This document shows, piece after piece, positions 58,543 through 64,000 of a DNA stretch of 64,000 bases. The notes beneath the pieces are model-generated. The model made no database searches. It was not told the origin of the DNA and worked only from the letters and a program-made list of their open reading frames with translations. This DNA is from Candidatus Dojkabacteria bacterium. GTDB taxonomy: Bacteria; Patescibacteriota; Dojkabacteria; SC72. The position numbers and the translations under genes are program-made. Every line of letters starts with the position of its first letter. The first letter of the stretch is position 1. Location: contig JACPFP010000003.1 of assembly GCA_016182915.1 (NCBI GenBank), positions 251,685 through 315,684 of the forward strand, written 5' to 3'.

Positions 58543-61500
58543 AGAGATATGCTACACCACCAGCTCCAAGAAGGGCAACTGCGAGGAGAACATATTTTAA
58601 CCAATCCCAAACAGTATTCTCATCTTTCTTATTAGAATCACCATTTGTACTCTCTTTGTCTCCAGTTCCTTTAACATCCTCTTCTTCATTATCACCATTG
58701 TCACTTCCATTTCCTCCATTCTCTTCCTCATTTCCACCGTTATTGTTATTTCCTGTTCCAGCTCCTTGAACCTCTCCACCTTCATCGATGATGGTTCCAG
58801 GAACAACTGTTACAACTGTGTCTGCAGTGAAGTCTGAGCTGTTATCTGCATCATCTACTGCTCTAACGGCGTAGAAATACTCAAGGTCGCAGTTAGGAAC
58901 GGTATCGGTGTATGTGACTTCTTGATTTGGTGTTGCTGATATAACTGTAACTAGGGTTGAACTGTTCGCAACAAATGATTTCTCTGTTGACCTGAATACC
59001 TGTACTTTTGATGTTTCTCCATCATTTGCGGTTGTAAAGGTGAGGGTATATGTACATGTACCCTTTGTCTTCTCGTAGTTCTTAACTAGTTCTGGTCCTG
59101 TGAGGTCTAGAAGCATTGAAACTTCAGAAGAGGTTGTAGTATCAGCACCTGCATTAGCTACAACTCTAAATTCATATGTTCCTTCAGTTGAAAGAACTGA
59201 GCTATCAACTACACAGTCTGCGCTATCTCCACCTGCTCCAAGATCAAATGTTGATCCGAAGTTTGAGAAGGATCCTTCTCCTGGTTTCATAACCTGACAG
59301 TCTGCGGTTACGTCTCTACCCTCTATGTCTAAAGCTACGAATCCTAACTTCATACTTGTTTTATTAAATACTGTCTTTGGTTGCTCAACTCTAACGGCTA
59401 GGCTGTCTGCGGCATTTGCCTGCATTGGATTCATTAGTGAAAATACACCTGCAAGTATTACGAATGATGCAAGTACTCCTTTTTCCAATCTTCTCTTATG
59501 TGGTCCTACTGCAAATAGTATTAGACCAACGAGAAGAGAGATAATTCCGAGTATAGTTAGAAGGGTTTCAGCTCCTGTATTTGGGAGGGATACTCCTAAT
59601 ACTTCTGCATTTCCTTCTTCAATATCATTTACAACTCTTACGTTAGAGTCTGCGAAGAACCCTACTTCTCCATCTCCAATAACTGGATCGGAAACTACAT
59701 CGTCACCCTTTACCCATGCTAGATCTTCATACGTTCCTGCATCTTGTGATGTGGAGATGTTAGCAAGGTATGTAAGGACAACTTCGTCTCCTTCTTCCAT
59801 ATCGCCTACCAACCATGTTCCGAGTGAACCATATGATGGCTGAGGTACAGGGATTGAGACTCCATTCTTCTTAGCCGTCCAAGTGCCTGACTCATAGCTA
59901 AATCCTTCAGGCATAAGGTCTGTAACAACTACGTTACTCAAAAGGTATGGAGAGTCCGTAGAAGCGACTTCTACATCTGTTGGTATAACCGCTTCTTCAG
60001 TTGCAGGAGGAGCGGTTACAACTAATGTGTATGTAACGGCATCACCAGCCAAAAGATCGACACCACTCTTATCGTTGAACTTTGTAATCTTAAGTTCAGG
60101 ATTTACTACTTCGTTTCTACACTCATATGTAACAGGCTCGTTGCTTCCAACTTCAACGTTGAAGTCATTAACTACATCAAGAATTTTTTCCTCTTCTTTA
60201 ATATTGCATCCGTGGAATATAAACCCATCCTTTTCAAGCTCAGTTAGGTTGTATGACCCAGGATTGAGGTAATATACAGCTACTTTACTATCATCGCCGT
60301 TATCTGAAATGTATGGACTGTCTTCCACTGCAGAAACTACCTGTCCCTCAGAATCTCTAACTTCAGTTTCAAATTCGACTGAAGAGATAACTTCTTCTAC
60401 TCCTTCTTCAACCTCTCTAAAGAGATCCTTCTCAACTGTCAATATTGCAGGTAATTGCTGGTTTACGATTGTAGCGACAGTTGTTTGATTAGGAACGACG
60501 GTTACCTGGACTCCATCTTCACCAGCTTCCTCATCTCCTTCATATCCATAGATCTGGTAATCAGAGTTCTCTAATTCTGTTACGTCGTACTGTCCTGGGA
60601 GTAGGTTAATATATTCAACGTAGTTTCCTGGAGTTACAGTCTCTGTGTTAGAACCATTTAACTCAAATTGGAACTCAGTTGTATCACCAGCTACTAACTC
60701 TCCATTTACATCAACAAGTTGCTTATATACTTGAATTGACCCTACTTGTACTCTGTTTACACAATATACAGTAACGGAATCGCCACTTGTTAGGTCGTTA
60801 AGTTCTAATTCAGCCGCGAGTTCTCCCTCTCTACCAACTCTACAACCCATATTCTCATATCCATATTCAGAGACTTCTGTAAGGTCATAATCACCAGGAA
60901 CAACTGACAGTACAGCGACCTTTGGTAAATCTTCATCATCAGAAATAACGCCAGAGTCTGAATCCGTAGTATCATCTACTCCATCAAGGTTTACAGTGAA
61001 CTCAGTATTATCGTTAATGTCCTGGTCGTCATAGTTGATAACATCTTTATATACAGTTACTGTTGCATCGTTCTGCCAGTTTGTACATGTAACAACATTA
61101 CCTGTTGTATCATTTGAAGATAGAGTTACACCAATTCCACATCCCATTTCAGTATAATCTGGATTATTTGTTTCCTGAACATAGTATGACCCTGGATTTA
61201 CTACCACATTCAAGTATGGATTCTCTTCCGAGATTGTAATCCCTTCATATCCTACTACTGGATCGTTTGTAGCACTATCATAAACTGTAACTGTGAATTC
61301 TTCATTATCTACAACATCTCCTACTCCATTTGGTCCTAATACATTCTTTTCAATATCAAAACTTGCAACTTTCTGTTTATTAATACATGTTACAGAATTT
61401 TCATGGTCATTACTTTCAACAACAATTTCTAAGTTATCACAGTTCATTCTCTCATAATCATCATTTGGAGTTTCTGTTAAGTAGTATGTCCCAGGATTAA

Positions 61501-64000
61501 GATCTTCAAATGTGGCGTCACTTAATTCTGAGATTGTCTTTGTACTTTCGTATGCATATGTTCCTTCTGTAGTTTCTAGGTTTGCAGTTAAGGTCACATC
61601 AAAAGTCGTTGCATCTGCCACTTCACCACCGTCTGGATTTATAACGTCTTTACTTACAGTTATTGAACCAACCATCTGCTGGTTAGTACAGGTTACAATG
61701 GTTTCTGTTGAACCTGAAGTAAGGGTAACTTCGCTTTCGACACAACCTAATGATGCATAATTTTCATTACCTACTTCTTCTACTGTGTAAGTTCCAGGAA
61801 CCAGCCCATCAACTACCAATCCTGTCTGAGATTCCAAAGCTGCTATTAAACCTGACTCGACGGTTTGGCCTTCGAAAAGAATATTTACAGTAAATTCAGT
61901 ACTATCGTAGACTACACTACCATCTGGATTTAACATCAACTTAAAGATTGTCATCATTGCCAACTTTTGATCATTGACACATGTAATACTTACTTCAGAA
62001 CCGCTTGATAACTCACCTGTTGATAAGTTGTTACAATTTACACTTGTATATAGAGGATTCTCTAGCTCGTTTATGTAATATGTATATCCTGGATAAACAT
62101 CATAATAGGCGCTATTTGCTGTCATCCCTTCGTAAATCTCTTTTGTTCCAAGAGCAACTATTACGTTTAGATCAAAGTCTTTAATTTCAACATTGAAGTG
62201 AGTGTCATCACTTACATCTGTCACTCCATCAGGAGCCATAACCTCTTTATCTACATAGATCCTAGCCCAATCCTGACTATTTGTAATGGTAAGGTTAGTT
62301 GATGTATCTTTAACAACAACTAACTGCGCTCCGGAGGTGTTAACGTCTAGATCAGTACTAAATCCAACAAAGTTATAATCGGAAGGAACAATTTCTGTAA
62401 TAGTGTGATTACCAACTCTTACGTTGAAGAACGTTACGAATTCTCCCCCCTGAACAACCTGAGCTGTTCCCATATTTCCATCAAGTACTACTGTGAAATT
62501 TGTATCATCATTTGTAACTTCGAATAGTCCATCTGGAGTTGTCAAAACTTTTGTAACAACAATATCGCCAACTTGGACTTTATTTACACAGTAAATATCT
62601 ACACTTTGGTTGCTTCCGAGTGTGAGGTCTAATGTAGTATCTAATGATCCGGTTGTGGAAATCTTACAACCCATGTTATCAAATCCAAATTCTGCATCCT
62701 CGGTTAGTAGATAATCTCCAGGTACAACAGTGAAAGTTTCAGGGGTCTGTAACGAGAGATCTAGAGATGTATCTTGAATTGTTCCAGTACCTTCATAAAC
62801 AGTACTGTTAACGCCATCTAGGTTTACAGTGAATTCTGTGTTGTCTACAATATTTGAGTTATCATAATCTCTAACGTCTTTATAAACATTTACGGTTGCA
62901 TTCTTTTGAGCGTTTACACATGTAAGAGAAGTACTTCCTCCTGGTGTAATCGTAAATTCATAACTATTACATTGAGATGCATTTGTTTGGTCGTAGTTAG
63001 AGTTACTATCTTCATTAATCGTATACGTACCTGGGTTAAGGGAAAGTACTGCTGGTGAATTTTCTGAGATAGGTTCATTTGAAATAACCTCTGTACCAGA
63101 AAGATCTACTGTAAAGGTGGTATTATCAACAACCTCTGTTATCCCATCAGGTGCAACTACGTTCTTGTTAATAGTTAATGTCCCTTCGCTCTGTCTGTTT
63201 ACAATTATGATCTCTCTTGTCTGTGCTTCTCCTACAAGAATTTCAGCGCCATCGGAAAGGTCTGAGTCTAGTAGATTTCCCTCCATATCTGTAACTGCAT
63301 ATGCAGTGTAACCAGAAGGCATATTCGTTTCGTTTACAGTATAAGTATCAGCTGCAAGGTCTGTATAATTTACAGATCCTCCGTCAGTTAAAGTTTGTCC
63401 GTCTGCTCCATCTAATGTAACAGTAAACAACTCTGAAACGTCTACAATGTCCTCACCGTTTGGTCCCTGAACATCTTTATAAACAACTAATCCACTAGGA
63501 CTAGGGGTGTTATTAAACTGACATGTAGCATCTACAGCAGTATTTGCAGCAGTAACAGTAGCAGTTGCAATAGATCCATCAAACGTACAATTGGTTCCAC
63601 TTCCGCTATCGAAACCGTAGCCAGGAATAGATACTTCCGTTACTGTGAAATTTGTAGGAGTGTCTGCTATAAGATCAATATTCTGAATAACAACTCTATC
63701 GACTCCATCACCATCTCCAATAATACAGTATGATGATTTTCCGTTTATAGAAGGGCTAACATTAAAGCACCATTGGTTTGGGTTTGCCGTTCCATTTACA
63801 ACATCTTTTATAATTGTAAGGTCAGGAAGCTCAATTACTTGATTCGCTGGTACTGGAACATTTTGCTGTCCAGACTGTTCTAAAACCCCGCCAGATGCGT
63901 TTAATCTACTGTGCTGTGAAGATCCATTACAACCACCAGCCTCTTCTGAAAGCTGTAAAGTATACTCAACTAAAGCTGAACCTGTTGGGTGTGAGAATGT
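58505..64000 (-). CDS. giant cell-surface adhesin-like protein (>1830 aa, 5' end beyond the window) with tandem ~110-aa Ig-like (DUF11/CnaB-like) domains each carrying a Cys pair; an internal LPNTG sortase signal is followed by a further exported FN3-like domain and TM anchor
   Basis: The frame stays open from 63430 to the window edge, so the TTG at 63430 is not the true start. The repeat signature is (V/I)xVxK(D/N)V..PDG...V.D.T.FTV.L ... C...........C(V/T)N. LPNTG at ~59572..59586 is followed by a hydrophobic helix and PHKRRLEKG. The stop at 58505 overlaps the sortase gene by 38 nt. Confidence 0.8.
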   Translation of the reverse strand, partial: TFSHPTGSALVEYTLQLSEEAGGCNGSSQHSRLNASGGVLEQSGQQNVPVPANQVIELPDLTIIKDVVNGTANPNQWCFNVSPSINGKSSYCIIGDGDGVDRVVIQNIDLIADTPTNFTVTEVSIPGYGFDSGSGTNCTFDGSIATATVTAANTAVDATCQFNNTPSPSGLVVYKDVQGPNGEDIVDVSELFTVTLDGADGQTLTDGGSVNYTDLAADTYTVNETNMPSGYTAYAVTDMEGNLLDSDLSDGAEILVGEAQTREIIIVNRQSEGTLTINKNVVAPDGITEVVDNTTFTVDLSGTEVISNEPISENSPAVLSLNPGTYTINEDSNSNYDQTNASQCNSYEFTITPGGSTSLTCVNAQKNATVNVYKDVRDYDNSNIVDNTEFTVNLDGVNSTVYEGTGTIQDTSLDLSLQTPETFTVVPGDYLLTEDAEFGFDNMGCKISTTGSLDTTLDLTLGSNQSVDIYCVNKVQVGDIVVTKVLTTPDGLFEVTNDDTNFTVVLDGNMGTAQVVQGGEFVTFFNVRVGNHTITEIVPSDYNFVGFSTDLDVNTSGAQLVVVKDTSTNLTITNSQDWARIYVDKEVMAPDGVTDVSDDTHFNVEIKDFDLNVIVALGTKEIYEGMTANSAYYDVYPGYTYYINELENPLYTSVNCNNLSTGELSSGSEVSITCVNDQKLAMMTIFKLMLNPDGSVVYDSTEFTVNILFEGQTVESGLIAALESQTGLVVDGLVPGTYTVEEVGNENYASLGCVESEVTLTSGSTETIVTCTNQQMVGSITVSKDVINPDGGEVADATTFDVTLTANLETTEGTYAYESTKTISELSDATFEDLNPGTYYLTETPNDDYERMNCDNLEIVVESNDHENSVTCINKQKVASFDIEKNVLGPNGVGDVVDNEEFTVTVYDSATNDPVVGYEGITISEENPYLNVVVNPGSYYVQETNNPDYTEMGCGIGVTLSSNDTTGNVVTCTNWQNDATVTVYKDVINYDDQDINDNTEFTVNLDGVDDTTDSDSGVISDDEDLPKVAVLSVVPGDYDLTEVSEYGYENMGCRVGREGELAAELELNDLTSGDSVTVYCVNRVQVGSIQVYKQLVDVNGELVAGDTTEFQFELNGSNTETVTPGNYVEYINLLPGQYDVTELENSDYQIYGYEGDEEAGEDGVQVTVVPNQTTVATIVNQQLPAILTVEKDLFREVEEGVEEVISSVEFETEVRDSEGQVVSAVEDSPYISDNGDDSKVAVYYLNPGSYNLTELEKDGFIFHGCNIKEEEKILDVVNDFNVEVGSNEPVTYECRNEVVNPELKITKFNDKSGVDLLAGDAVTYTLVVTAPPATEEAVIPTDVEVASTDSPYLLSNVVVTDLMPEGFSYESGTWTAKKNGVSIPVPQPSYGSLGTWLVGDMEEGDEVVLTYLANISTSQDAGTYEDLAWVKGDDVVSDPVIGDGEVGFFADSNVRVVNDIEEGNAEVLGVSLPNTGAETLLTILGIISLLVGLILFAVGPHKRRLEKGVLASFVILAGVFSLMNPMQANAADSLAVRVEQPKTVFNKTSMKLGFVALDIEGRDVTADCQVMKPGEGSFSNFGSTFDLGAGGDSADCVVDSSVLSTEGTYEFRVVANAGADTTTSSEVSMLLDLTGPELVKNYEKTKGTCTYTLTFTTANDGETSKVQVFRSTEKSFVANSSTLVTVISATPNQEVTYTDTVPNCDLEYFYAVRAVDDADNSSDFTADTVVTVVPGTIIDEGGEVQGAGTGNNNNGGNEEENGGNGSDNGDNEEEDVKGTGDKESTNGDSNKKDENTVWDWLKYVLLAVALLGAGGVAYLYVRNRNNKPTIK

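Noticed and set aside
59470-59590. Interpreting LPNTG plus helix plus KRR as the C-terminus of one gene and the following segment as a separate downstream gene
   Set aside because: There is no in-frame stop codon between them in the given sequence, so as written it is a single ORF. The two-gene model would require a sequencing or assembly error. It is flagged as a finding instead.
58597-63311. Short ORFs in alternative frames inside the giant LPXTG gene (58597..58806, 59100..59843, 60027..60272, 61512..61760, 63117..63311)
   Set aside because: They are overlapped by a single uninterrupted 5.5 kb coding frame with periodic domain repeats.
63428-63430. ORF-track start (TTG) of the 1641-aa ORF at 63430
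   Set aside because: Manual translation shows the same frame remains open to the window edge at 64000 and continues the same Ig-like repeat pattern. The gene is 5'-truncated by the window, not started here.

Overview
This is a 64 kb, low-GC (about 35%, estimated by eye) bacterial chromosomal segment, densely coding with short intergenic spacers. I call about 55 CDS and one tRNA-Lys(CTT). I found no rRNA, CRISPR array, integrase or transposase. The gene content suggests a small-genome, single-membrane organism. It has sortase with an LPXTG substrate, a VKOR/DsbA pair, delta-60 and LVIVD beta-propeller surface proteins, and many glycosyltransferases, which fits a CPR/Patescibacteria-like or Gram-positive-like lineage. 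That assignment is inference only.

Main blocks:
- 1..9900: stress and redox genes (PNPOx-like, MsrB-MsrA fusion, Na+/Ca2+ exchanger, Hsp20 behind a CIRCE-like promoter), then a copper operon csoR / HMA-permease-cupredoxin / copA beside tRNA-Lys.
- 10065..28688: an 18.6 kb minus-strand block. It holds a surface protein, recO, a PglC-like initiating phosphoglycosyltransferase with two GT4 genes, two tandemly duplicated giant surface-protein genes (1422 and 1522 aa), a zinc-ribbon protein, and secA.
- 28795..47440: an M23 peptidase and a large cell-surface glycan locus (GT4 x4, GT2 x2, gmd, flippase, two methyltransferases, three large polytopic membrane proteins).
- 47415..49578: a VKOR + DsbA disulfide-forming pair and a Cys-containing exported protein.
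- 49640..64000: a RecD/Dda-like helicase, an LVIVD-repeat surface protein, alpha/beta hydrolase, truB-like and pyrD genes, and a sortase overlapping the 3' end of a giant (>1830 aa, edge-truncated) Ig-like-repeat adhesin. That adhesin carries an internal LPNTG sorting signal followed by a further exported domain.

Most novel-looking is the cell-surface system: duplicated modular giant adhesins sharing a C-terminal module, a possible shared C-terminal sorting tail, dedicated glycosylation genes, and a sortase substrate with an internal LPXTG.
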